Below are positions 8,820-17,876 of a stretch of DNA of 64,000 nt, piece after piece. The stretch covers positions 522-64,521 of the IMG/VR virus record IMGVR_UViG_3300050016_000156; one strand, 5' to 3'. The position numbers were made by a program, and so were the translations under genes. The DNA comes from a virus. Its lineage: Duplodnaviria; Caudoviricetes. The notes beneath the pieces are model-generated. The model worked only from the letters and a program-made list of their open reading frames with translations. It had not been told where the DNA came from and ran no database searches. Position 1 is the first letter of the stretch; every line of letters begins with the position of its first letter.

Positions 8820-10642
8820 GACATTTTTTCATTCTCTCGTGCTCCGACTTCGTTCATCTCTCGAAGTTCCCAGGTGATTCCGCGCGGGCCTTTTATGACT
8901 TGAAGGGCTTCGGCTGCACTATAGAGGGAACTGCGTTGGATGTTCTCTAAATCTCGCGCCAGACGTTCGAGGGTTTTTGGTGTTTGTGGGCCGTCTTGCA
9001 GATGTATCTCCAAAAACCGAATGGCTTTTTGAATATGCTTCGGGAATGGTTCTGGTCCTACCTCCGTGTCGGGGGTCGGCTGCACAGGAGCAAGCCGCCC
9101 GTCTTCAAACTGAGCGGTAAAATGTTCGGCTTTGGCGTTTCTTGGCAGGATGGATATCTCGCGCTGATCGGCGGTGTCGTCTCCCGCGGGGTATTGCATT
9201 GTGATGATGGTTTCACTCATCCGAGACCAAACCGCCGAGCCGAAAATGGTGTCACGTTTTGCAGCGTAGCCCTCTTTCGGTTTGGTTTTTGGAGCGCCGC
9301 AACTGCCGATAATTGCGACGTGGAAGTGGGTGGCAATTTGCTGTATTTCATGCATAAACGGCATCACGATATCCAAGGAGTTAGGGTCGCTGACGAGCAT
9401 GTCAATACCCTCAATGAAGACCACCTCTGGAGTTGGGGTTGTCTGCTCAATCATGTCGATAATCTGCTGAGATGCTTCTCCGTCGACCGCGGCCTTTAAG
9501 AATTTGATTGGGACCTGCTCCATATTAAAGCCGAGGCGTCGCATTGTGCGAGTGTGGGAATCCGCACCGCGGTCAAGCATGAGCACTAGGTATGGTCTCC
9601 CGAAAGTAGCGTGATGGTAGAAGGGGGCTCGCAACGCCTGAGCCACGCATAGGTCAAGCATGAATGTGGTTTTGCCGCTACCTGAAGAACCACCTACGAG
9701 AGACGGACTTCCCAGTGGGAACCAGCCGTCAAATTGCCCGTCGACGGCCTGCAGCACATAATCGAAAGCGGTCCATTCCGATTTTTGTTTTTCGTCGGGA
9801 AATGCATGAAACTCAATAATTTTGCGGGGCTGCTCCACAAACTTATCCCAGGCTTTTGACGACATCGAGAGGCTGCTGGTCGCCTTGTTAAGCGTGAGAG
9901 TGCGGTAGTCTTCGCGGTCGGTCCATTTCTCTCGATGTCCAGGCACAGACGCATTGAAAAACCGCAGCATCTTGGGGATATCACCGTTGAAAGCCCGAGC
10001 AAAAACACCCAGTAACGCGAGGTCCACCCGCGAGTCGTCATTTTCATATTCCGAGGCGTCTCCCATCCAAAGGCGACGAAAGTGGGCGTCAGCGAATTTG
10101 GAAATCAGGAAATAGACGACATCAATGTTCGTGATTGCGGGGATTCCCTCGCCAGAATATCGGTCTCCTGTGATGGTCAGATACCTGCCGCCCTCACGGC
10201 CCGAATAAATCTCAGCCCCATACTTCTCGACACCTTTTTTCTTCGCGGAAAATTTCCTATTCCCTGGGGGAAGCGCGGACCCTTTAACGAACACGCGCAA
10301 ACCCGTGCCTGATGGCGTCACTTCGCAATAGGGGTTGCCGATTTGGGAAACGATATTCAGGACGTATGGTTCAGGCACTCCGTCGTCGACCACACCGTCG
10401 AAGTCGATACCCGTGAGGTCCGAGTCCTTGAGCATGAATCCAACGCCGTCGTAGTTCTGGTCGTTGAGAACTTCCGATGCTTTGGCTGCCTGCTCGAAAG
10501 TCGTCCAAGTAGCGGAGTCGTTTGTTTTGGCGAAGTCATGGGTTTTGGCGTCGTAAGGAACCTTCGTCCATTTCCCATTGCGCTTCTCGGATTTCCACAC
10601 AACCCAGCGCGTCTCGCTCTGCAGTTCGGAGGGAATGTTCAT
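8804..10642 (-). CDS. Primase-polymerase (NrS-1-like AEP) fused to a RecA-like helicase
   Basis: RWVVWK...TKVPY...GIDFD...YCEVTPSGTGLR; DDSRVDLAL helical domain; Walker A GSSGSGKTT. Confidence 0.85.
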   Translation of the reverse strand: MNIPSELQSETRWVVWKSEKRNGKWTKVPYDAKTHDFAKTNDSATWTTFEQAAKASEVLNDQNYDGVGFMLKDSDLTGIDFDGVVDDGVPEPYVLNIVSQIGNPYCEVTPSGTGLRVFVKGSALPPGNRKFSAKKKGVEKYGAEIYSGREGGRYLTITGDRYSGEGIPAITNIDVVYFLISKFADAHFRRLWMGDASEYENDDSRVDLALLGVFARAFNGDIPKMLRFFNASVPGHREKWTDREDYRTLTLNKATSSLSMSSKAWDKFVEQPRKIIEFHAFPDEKQKSEWTAFDYVLQAVDGQFDGWFPLGSPSLVGGSSGSGKTTFMLDLCVAQALRAPFYHHATFGRPYLVLMLDRGADSHTRTMRRLGFNMEQVPIKFLKAAVDGEASQQIIDMIEQTTPTPEVVFIEGIDMLVSDPNSLDIVMPFMHEIQQIATHFHVAIIGSCGAPKTKPKEGYAAKRDTIFGSAVWSRMSETIITMQYPAGDDTADQREISILPRNAKAEHFTAQFEDGRLAPVQPTPDTEVGPEPFPKHIQKAIRFLEIHLQDGPQTPKTLERLARDLENIQRSSLYSAAEALQVIKGPRGITWELREMNEVGARENEKMSGLGI

Positions 10643-10653
10643 AGGTCCCCAGT

Positions 10654-11814
10654 TTAGTCTAAGTCTTCAAACTCGTCAACCTGTTTTCTTGTGACGAGGG
10701 CGTCTCGCATTTCTGGATTCTCCGAGCAGATGCCGCGCATGGCGCAGTTCGGGCACTTTTCGTTCGGGAAGCGCACACCGCTCTGCATCGGCCAGAAGTC
10801 TTTTTCGTTCGCCGCCGCGATATTAATGACATCCCGCTTGATGGACCGCCCGATATCCTGGGCAGACTCTTTGGTGATGCGCGCCATCTTGAATTGGATG
10901 CGCTGTTTGGTCAGTGCCGACTCAACGACGTGCTTGGCGTTGCCCTCGACAAACGCCTGCCGCGCCAGCTTGACGGCTTTAGCCTCGCCAATGAACTGCC
11001 TGGACATTTCGTCGTAGAGTTTCTCGTCTGCCGCGACGTATGCGCCGAATTCATCTGTCGCCATGACAATTGCATCGGTCCCTGCCGCAATTCCTGCGTA
11101 CGGCTCCAACAGCGTGACCTTGTCGCCGCGGGAAATTTCCCGCCCACACTTGCGAAACCACAGAAAGGCGACGAGCGAACGCTCTTTCACCCAGGCGTAA
11201 CTGCGGAGTTGTGGGTCGAGCACGAGTAGGTCGGGAATATCCTTCCCTGACGTTTTGATGTCGATGATGATTTCCTCGCCCGCCTCTGGCGCGATTGGAA
11301 AGAGCGGCATCGGTTGCGGTTGGGTCTTCTTGATGTTTGCCAGCAGGTCGATGTACGACGTGAATTCGATGCCCGCTAACTTCGAACCTGGGAAGACTTC
11401 GAAATTGGTCTGGACTTGGAACGCATCCTTCGGGTTCATGACGATGTAGGGGAAGGTCGGGTATTTCAAAGCGTAGAGTTTGACGAGTTCGCTGCCCGTC
11501 ATGCAAAGGGACGCCCAGTCTTTCTCGGGCTTCGAGTAAATGTATTCTTTATCCTTGTGCTCGGCCCACTGACGGACGAATTCCGCCACCGCGTCCACCG
11601 TGACTTGGCCGTGCTGGTGCCAGAATTGAATGGCGTGTTCGAGGGCGATGCCGAATTGACTCGCGGCGCGCTGTTGCTTCTCGCCCCAGCCCTGCACGCG
11701 CTCAAGGTAGTAACGCCTGTTACAGAAATTGAAGGAATCCCCACCTGAGTAAGAATGCCTTGTCACGGGAAAACCCTTGGAATTAATATAGAGAAATGCT
11801 TTGCCGATGCTCAT
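10654..11814 (-). CDS. PD-(D/E)XK (Cas4/RecB-like) exonuclease
   Basis: HSYS...C.RRYY...YIDLL...IIDIKT...QLRSY...CPNCAMRGIC. Confidence 0.85.
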   Translation of the reverse strand: MSIGKAFLYINSKGFPVTRHSYSGGDSFNFCNRRYYLERVQGWGEKQQRAASQFGIALEHAIQFWHQHGQVTVDAVAEFVRQWAEHKDKEYIYSKPEKDWASLCMTGSELVKLYALKYPTFPYIVMNPKDAFQVQTNFEVFPGSKLAGIEFTSYIDLLANIKKTQPQPMPLFPIAPEAGEEIIIDIKTSGKDIPDLLVLDPQLRSYAWVKERSLVAFLWFRKCGREISRGDKVTLLEPYAGIAAGTDAIVMATDEFGAYVAADEKLYDEMSRQFIGEAKAVKLARQAFVEGNAKHVVESALTKQRIQFKMARITKESAQDIGRSIKRDVINIAAANEKDFWPMQSGVRFPNEKCPNCAMRGICSENPEMRDALVTRKQVDEFEDLD

Positions 11815-11882
11815 GGACGCTCCTTGATGTACGTTTGAAATTTTTCAAATAATCCAGGGAGAGCTTCGAGTGAAACGAAAAG

Positions 11883-12683
11883 TCAAGATTTCACCTCGGA
11901 AATATGAGAAGTGCCTAGACAGTTCTGGCGGCGCGTTGCGCGCTCTTTCGCTAGGAGTTTCTCCTCGGGCGTCCCAACCTTTGTACCTGCCTTCCATGAT
12001 GATTTGTATTCACAATATTGTGGTTCGGTATACCCAGAAATCCACCTACAAAAAACCAACTTTGGTTGAACTTTTGCGCGAGCGAATGACCCCTTCCCGT
12101 CTAGTTTTGGGCTCCCCGTCAAGCCGACCCCGATGTGATTTTTAGTACTGCCGTAAGTCTCCCCGACCATAGTCCAATTATCGGCAAGATAGAGCGCCCC
12201 GACTCGCTGTCGCCCATCTTCTAAATCCTCTCGCAAAACGAAAGTTTCAAATCCATAAGGTTTGACGCCATAGAGGTATTCCCAGTAGCCCACCACTGTT
12301 TTGCGCCACAGCGCAAGACATCGCGTCGCCAAGTTTCGCTCTGGCTTTTCGAGCCGAAAAACTGTATTGTCGATAATTCCGTTCAACACCTGTTCTCGAT
12401 TGTTTTGCGTGATGTCAAAAAATGAGTCTCGGACCCCCGTGGCGTAGACGGCCCCGCCGCCAGAGATGGCTCCGACGTTTTCGCCCTTGTACCAAATAAG
12501 AAAATGAATCTGCTGTCCGTGGTGTCCTCGCGGCATCCCTTCTTTTTTTGACATCGGGCCTAAACGCGCACGCTCTAATTCTGACATTTGCTCTAAGGCC
12601 AGCATCTTTTCGACGTAGTGGCGTTTCTCAAATTCCACGATGGATGAAGAACTGCAGAAAGTTAAATAGAGTTCTGGCTTCAT
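11883..12683 (-). CDS. DUF4338 (DruA-like / Mom-related GNAT-like) protein
   Basis: HY...GQQIHFLI...GAI...RDSF...NTVFRL...NLATRCLA...W...YG...FETFV...GALYLADNW..VGETYG. Confidence 0.7.
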   Translation of the reverse strand: MKPELYLTFCSSSSIVEFEKRHYVEKMLALEQMSELERARLGPMSKKEGMPRGHHGQQIHFLIWYKGENVGAISGGGAVYATGVRDSFFDITQNNREQVLNGIIDNTVFRLEKPERNLATRCLALWRKTVVGYWEYLYGVKPYGFETFVLREDLEDGRQRVGALYLADNWTMVGETYGSTKNHIGVGLTGSPKLDGKGSFARAKVQPKLVFCRWISGYTEPQYCEYKSSWKAGTKVGTPEEKLLAKERATRRQNCLGTSHISEVKS

Positions 12684-13342
12684 GCGAGTTTGCCCTCACA
12701 CACCTTCAAAATTTGCTGATACACTTCCAACTTCGCTTTTTCAATAACAGCTAGGTCAGTCGCATGTTGAAATGAATATTTGGAAAATTTTGCAGCATAA
12801 TAGCCATACGGCTGCATCACAATTTTGGTTACCAACGCCTCGACTGCATCTTCGAGTGTGATTTCCCTCGGCTCTTTAGTTGGGGCGACCGGCTCTTTAC
12901 CGAGAACCGCGTCCACTTTCGCTTTCACCTCTTTGACAGTTGCCTCGGCGAAATCAAACCCTCTCGCCACCTCGCTTTGCTGACTTGGCGTCATCCGCGC
13001 CAACTCAACCGCTTGAGTTAACGAGGGGGAAGTTTGTGCAGTTAAATGCACATTCTCAAACACTTGCCTGGCGGAAATATAGTTGTACGCTTGGCGGCGC
13101 TCGAACCCCCACCGTTTCTCACAATACTCCTCGAAGGTGTTGTACGCGGTTTTGTAGAGGCGTTCACTTTGAATTGCGGTCAGAGCCATGCCGACCGCGA
13201 CATAATCTCCCTGCCCATCGCGAATCATCGTCTCGAACTGCGCGAGCCTATCAGAAGAATTGGAGCGAGAGGGTGGCGCGCCAAGCCGACCTTTGTCTGG
13301 GTGGACCCCAGCCGTAATTTGTGGCATATACGACTCCCGCAA
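12680..13342 (-). CDS. Hypothetical HTH-like protein
   Basis: VGMALTAIQSERLYK..YNTFEEYCEKRWGFERRQAYNYISA, a common phage motif. Confidence 0.65.
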   Translation of the reverse strand: MRESYMPQITAGVHPDKGRLGAPPSRSNSSDRLAQFETMIRDGQGDYVAVGMALTAIQSERLYKTAYNTFEEYCEKRWGFERRQAYNYISARQVFENVHLTAQTSPSLTQAVELARMTPSQQSEVARGFDFAEATVKEVKAKVDAVLGKEPVAPTKEPREITLEDAVEALVTKIVMQPYGYYAAKFSKYSFQHATDLAVIEKAKLEVYQQILKVCEGKLA

Positions 13343-13344
13343 TC

Positions 13345-13857
13345 TCAGACTGACGCCTGAGAAACTTTTCCAAACCGAAAACCGTGCTGCTCAATTAAGT
13401 ACCAGATGTACTCGTTATCATTCAAGACGCCTTTGCCTTTGTCGTAAACTCGTGGATGGGCATCGGCGGGGAATGCAGGTTCAAAGTCTCCGAGCCTGAA
13501 AGTCATTAGTAACTCATCACCCCATTTGTTCTCTTGCTCCGAAATTAAAATCCCTGGGGTCGTTTGGGATAAGCGCACGCCCGTTACATCATAATACCGC
13601 TTGAAAAATTTGTCGGTATCTCGGACCTTCGCGTAGAGAGTATGCTCAAATCTGCGCAGCAGAGCAACAAATTTCTGTCCATCTCCGCTTTTGAGATAAC
13701 GAACAATTGGGTTGCGCTCTACCGATTCAACGCGGAGAGTAGGATTCACAATCCGAGATAGTTGACGCGCCGCTTCGGCGCTGGCTGCCACTACATCAAA
13801 ACGCCTTATCTTTCCTGACCCCAGCGGGGCTTCGTACGTGAGTTCATATGTTGGCAT
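13345..13857 (-). CDS. Hypothetical protein
   Basis: 170 aa; AGGAGG SD. Confidence 0.65.
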   Translation of the reverse strand: MPTYELTYEAPLGSGKIRRFDVVAASAEAARQLSRIVNPTLRVESVERNPIVRYLKSGDGQKFVALLRRFEHTLYAKVRDTDKFFKRYYDVTGVRLSQTTPGILISEQENKWGDELLMTFRLGDFEPAFPADAHPRVYDKGKGVLNDNEYIWYLIEQHGFRFGKVSQASV

Positions 13858-13902
13858 AACTGCCTCCTACCACAATGGCCTCACAGAAGCGGAAACAGGT
13901 CA

Positions 13903-13930
13903 ATAGTACCAAAGTACTACGAGAAGTCAA
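13903..13930 (-). promoter_or_regulatory. Sigma70 promoter overlapped by palindrome TAGTAC-N4-GTACTA
   Basis: TTGACT-16-TACTAT; palindrome 13904-13919. Confidence 0.6.
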
Positions 13931-15504
13931 GCAAAAAGATTGTGTTGCGCCCGCAGGTGGTCGACTTCCTCGGCTTTTTCACGCAGCTTGTCCAAGATGG
14001 AGTCGGGAAGATAGCGCCGCAAATACGGAGAGGGCGTCCCCGAGAAACTGATGCGAAGCATATCAATCGCGCGGCTGATGGCGACGAAATAAATCCTGCG
14101 CTCTTCCTTCGGGTCGCCCTTCACATGTGGAAACCCTTTTGCGTTCACGCCGATGACGAATACATTCTTCCACTCACCGCCTTTTGCTTGATGACACGTC
14201 GAGATAGAAACGCCCTTCGGGTCGTTGCGCCGATGCTGCATTTTATTGGCGTATGTCGTGAAGTCGCTCGCCAATCTGAAATCTTTTCCGATGACACGGA
14301 GCACGCCGAGGTTCTCGATGGCGTCGTTATCGCGCTCGGTCCTGTCGTCGACGGCGTACTTTGCCACCAGTCCAGGCAACGCGAGGCTCATCGCCGCTGC
14401 CGTTTCGAGCGTCGGGTAGTTCTTCAGCAGGTCGACGGCTTTCCGAATTTCGTTCTGCTTCCAGAAGCCCGTCTTGCCCATCAGGTGATAGCGGACGTTG
14501 TGCTTGTTGCAAATCCGCTCCAACAACCCGACCATCCGATTCGTCCTCGCAAGGATGATGGACTGGAGCGGGTCCTTGTTCGCCAGCGCCAGCGCGGATT
14601 CCGCTTCCTGCTCTTCGGACCAATACATCTTGAAATCAATCGGCACACCCACTTCCGCGCGCGACGCCACCATTCGGTCTAGCAACTCCTGGGGGGTGTC
14701 GCCAGGGGCATTCTCGCGGACGAATTTCACGATGGTCTGGGTCGACCTGTAGTTCTTGCCGAGGTAGTACTTCCTGCCTGTCGGAAACCATTGCTGGAAG
14801 TTCGTGATGTTGTCGGGCTTCGCGCCGCGGAATCCGTAGATAGCTTGGTTTGGGTCTCCCACGACCGTGATGTTACCGTGCTTCTCGGCCATCAACTGCA
14901 TCATCCGCCATTGGCAGTCATCCGTGTCTTGGGCCTCGTCCACAATCAGGTACTGGGGCTGCCAGCGAGCCCGTACAGATGGTTTCTCCAAAGACTGGAC
15001 TGCGTCTGCCAGCATGGAGTCAAAGTCCATCCAGCCCTCTTCTGCGCGCGCCCGTTCGTATTCTGAGTATGCCTTCGCCATCACGTAGGACAGGTCATGG
15101 TCGCCGTCCAGCGCCTGCTGCGGGGTGATGTTCTGCCGTCGCATTCTGGCGATAAAGTGGTCCAGTTCTTTGTAGTCGAGGCCGAATCGACGAATGAGTT
15201 TGCACATCAGGCGATGGCGCAGTTCGGGCTCGACGGGCTTGCGCTCGGTCTCCGAACAAATCAGGTAGCCGAGGCTGTGGAAGGTTGAGGCCACACCTTT
15301 AATTTTCAATTTGCGTTCCAACACCCCAGCCATCTCTTTGCTGAACGTCACAGCCCGCACATCGGACGGAGAGACGCCGGATTCTAGAAGATGGCGAATC
15401 ATCCCCACCATAGTGGTGCTCTTCCCCGAGCCAGGCCCAGCCACCACACTGCGGGCTCCATTTGGGTTCTCAATAACCGCTTGCTGGTCTTGATTGAAGT
15501 CCAC
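13927..15504 (-). CDS. UvrD/Rep SF1 helicase
   Basis: VAGPGSGKS; TFHSLG; VDEAQD; VGDPNQAIYGFRGA; NYRST; STCHQAKGGEW; EERRIYFVAISRA. Confidence 0.95.
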   Translation of the reverse strand: MDFNQDQQAVIENPNGARSVVAGPGSGKSTTMVGMIRHLLESGVSPSDVRAVTFSKEMAGVLERKLKIKGVASTFHSLGYLICSETERKPVEPELRHRLMCKLIRRFGLDYKELDHFIARMRRQNITPQQALDGDHDLSYVMAKAYSEYERARAEEGWMDFDSMLADAVQSLEKPSVRARWQPQYLIVDEAQDTDDCQWRMMQLMAEKHGNITVVGDPNQAIYGFRGAKPDNITNFQQWFPTGRKYYLGKNYRSTQTIVKFVRENAPGDTPQELLDRMVASRAEVGVPIDFKMYWSEEQEAESALALANKDPLQSIILARTNRMVGLLERICNKHNVRYHLMGKTGFWKQNEIRKAVDLLKNYPTLETAAAMSLALPGLVAKYAVDDRTERDNDAIENLGVLRVIGKDFRLASDFTTYANKMQHRRNDPKGVSISTCHQAKGGEWKNVFVIGVNAKGFPHVKGDPKEERRIYFVAISRAIDMLRISFSGTPSPYLRRYLPDSILDKLREKAEEVDHLRAQHNLFA

Positions 15505-15701
15505 GGCGGCCTCAGCTAGAAAAATAGTCGTGAATTTTGTGAAACCAGTGCTCTGGGTCTATCTTATGCGCGATTCGCGAATGGAGAATGTGCCAACAGA
15601 CCCAGAGCGTAAGAAACGACAGTTCTATTCCGAAGCTTTGCCCAAGACCAAGCCAGAAGCCTTGGGCAACGATATGCCAAAGATATTTTAGCATAGATAC
15701 C

Positions 15702-16166
15702 TTAGAATCCGATATCATCATCGTTAATAACAGGAGTCGCCTGTCGCTGAGCAGGACGAGCAGGACCCCGGGGGTTTCCCATCTTATTGGTTGATTGCGC
15801 GGAACGCTGTTGCTGGGGTTGCGCATCGGCTGGGGCTGTGACCAGACCTTTGATGTCGGTGATGTTGATTTCGGTCGTGTACTTCTTCACGCCGTCTTTT
15901 TCCCACGAGCGGGTTTGCAATTTTCCCTCGACATAAATCAGGTCGCCTTTGTGGAGATATGGCTGAACATATGCTTCAACTGAGTTTCCCCAAACGACCA
16001 GACTCACCCATTCGGTTTTCTTTTGCTTCTCGCCGTTCGCATCTTTGTAAGATTCATCGCAAGCAATACTAAAATTTGCAACTGCTTTGCCTCCCGCCGT
16101 AAATCGAACCTCTGGGTCTTTGCCCAGCCGCCCGATTCCTATCCATTTATTTACTGATGCTGACAT
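15702..16166 (-). CDS. ssb: Single-stranded DNA-binding protein
   Basis: SVNK..IGRLGKDPEVRFT..G.AVANFSIA...KGDLIYVEGKLQTRSW; acidic tail DDDIGF. Confidence 0.95.
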   Translation of the reverse strand: MSASVNKWIGIGRLGKDPEVRFTAGGKAVANFSIACDESYKDANGEKQKKTEWVSLVVWGNSVEAYVQPYLHKGDLIYVEGKLQTRSWEKDGVKKYTTEINITDIKGLVTAPADAQPQQQRSAQSTNKMGNPRGPARPAQRQATPVINDDDIGF

Positions 16167-16210
16167 AGTACACCATCCTTATTTGAGTTTCCCCCCAAGG
16201 GGGCGTGATT

Positions 16211-17461
16211 CTACTGCTTTGGTTCAATTCCGTTGGCCTTGTTCACGAGCGTGGCGAGCCCGACCAATCCGACTTCGGGGTTTGCCGTCGCGGCGTCAAC
16301 ACGTTTGAAGAAGTTATCCCACTGATTCTTACTTATTTGTTTGGCGTCTGGAGCCTTCGTGATGCTCAGCAGGAAGACATGGACTTTGCGATTGACGGGT
16401 AAACTGCGGCTTGCAGTCAGTTTTCCTTTGGCGGCGAGGTCATCGCCGAGCATCTTGAATTTTGCACGGTACGTCACGAGTTGTTCCTCGGTCGGCAGCG
16501 CGTCGGAATCGGGACCCTCGTAGGCGTCACCGTGCTCAGGAGCCGCAGCCTGTGCAGTCTCCGTTTTCGACGGGGCATCCGCAACGAACACACCAGACGA
16601 TATTGGGGTCGCCATGGACTGGACAGCTTGCGATGACCCAGGCACAACACGTGCAGATGTCGCCGTAGTCTTGGGGTCTACGGCTACAGTAGGGCGGGGG
16701 GCGGGATTGGATTTTACAGGACCGCGCTGAGCATCTTGGAAGTCAGGCACATCGTTCGGGCGCGGATAATCCGTGTAATCACGCAGCGGCGCGCTAGTGT
16801 TATTGTCCACATTCTGGTCAGCCTCGGGGTCGCCGCCATTCGGGTCTCCCTCGTCGGGTATGAGCAGCCCGTTACGAAGCGCATTTTTAATCGCGCCCGT
16901 CTGGGCCTTATAGATGCCCTTATCGCCCGAATCCGCGCCGTCGCCCAAGCCGCTGATGGTCTTCGTTTCATCGGAGTCGGTGTCGTACAACTTGATGGTT
17001 ACTTTCACAATCGCGGTGTGCATATTCCCGCCGCTATTGGTTTTGATGTCATAGAAGCCGAGGTATTCGACGTTTGGTTCGGCATAGATACCATATTTGG
17101 CGAACACATCGCGGACTGGCCGCATGACATCCGCGGCGCGCACGAAGAAATAGTGCTGCTTGGTATTCTCGCCCGCCTTGTCGACGTGGTCGAGTTCCTT
17201 GTAAATTTCCACCAACTTTTGGCGCAGGTTCAGCTTCGGTGTGTCGGTCATTTTTGTCTCCGGGGTGAAATAGAGTGTTGCCAGTTTGATAGGGTCAAAA
17301 TCGTTTGGGTCGAATGGAGGGCGTTTTGTCACTCTCCATTTTTGAATTACAAGCCGCGGCAGGGCGGGCGGAATTGCCTCTTGCACGCCGCACCACTCCC
17401 ATCCGGCCTTGATTGCCAGTTGGGCGAACTGTTCCACTTTGTGTTGGGTTATCAGGTCCAT
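16211..17461 (-). CDS. ERF-family single-strand annealing protein with long C-terminal extension
   Basis: VDKAGEN...YFFVRAADV...GDGADSGDKGIYKAQTGAIKNAL...DPEAD. Confidence 0.85.
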   Translation of the reverse strand: MDLITQHKVEQFAQLAIKAGWEWCGVQEAIPPALPRLVIQKWRVTKRPPFDPNDFDPIKLATLYFTPETKMTDTPKLNLRQKLVEIYKELDHVDKAGENTKQHYFFVRAADVMRPVRDVFAKYGIYAEPNVEYLGFYDIKTNSGGNMHTAIVKVTIKLYDTDSDETKTISGLGDGADSGDKGIYKAQTGAIKNALRNGLLIPDEGDPNGGDPEADQNVDNNTSAPLRDYTDYPRPNDVPDFQDAQRGPVKSNPAPRPTVAVDPKTTATSARVVPGSSQAVQSMATPISSGVFVADAPSKTETAQAAAPEHGDAYEGPDSDALPTEEQLVTYRAKFKMLGDDLAAKGKLTASRSLPVNRKVHVFLLSITKAPDAKQISKNQWDNFFKRVDAATANPEVGLVGLATLVNKANGIEPKQ

Positions 17462-17477
17462 CGCTGCTCACCTGTCA

Positions 17478-17506
17478 ATAGTACCAAAGTACTGGTTTCC
17501 TGTCAA
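17478..17506 (-). promoter_or_regulatory. Sigma70 promoter overlapped by the same AGTAC-N4-GTACT palindrome
   Basis: TTGACA-17-TACTAT; AGTACCAAAGTACT at 17480-17493. Confidence 0.7.
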
Positions 17507-17517
17507 GCCCTTTTTCG

Positions 17518-17800
17518 GGGAATTATATAGATGACTCCCTTAAAGCACATCCACAGAATTCTGTTGCCGTTGATTTAATTGCATACGTTCTTTATCTGAC
17601 ATCCTCGATTTCATCCTAGCCGCACGCTTATTCCTTCGCGCTCTACGTTTTGCAGCCTTCGTCTTTATTTTCGGATGATATGCGAGAATTTCATCCGCGA
17701 TTTTGTCCAGTCCGGGCGGAACAATCCAAGTGAAATTTTGGTTCATGCCGTTAGCCTCTCGAATGTCAGTCGCTTGCCCGCTACAGCATCAATAGAACAA
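17518..17800 (-). mobile_element. IS1595-family remnant (one TIR, passenger ORF, transposase C-terminal tail)
   Basis: GGGAATTATATAGATGACTCCCTT at 17518-17541 is identical to the MITE TIR; ORF 17743-17874 ends IDAVAGKRLTFERLTA; ORF 17540-17746 PPGLDKIADEILAYHPK. Confidence 0.65.
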
Positions 17801-17876
17801 ACCCCGTCTTGTTTGCGTCGGTTACGAATTTTCTTTTGATAAGTCTTATTGTATTCTTTTTCCTTGAACGGCATAT

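Noticed and set aside
10654-11814. Cas4 as evidence of a CRISPR-Cas system
   Set aside because: Standalone PD-(D/E)XK nuclease in a replication context, common in phages
11883-12683. Complete Druantia defence system
   Set aside because: No DruE-like large helicase or other Dru genes; only the DUF4338-like gene
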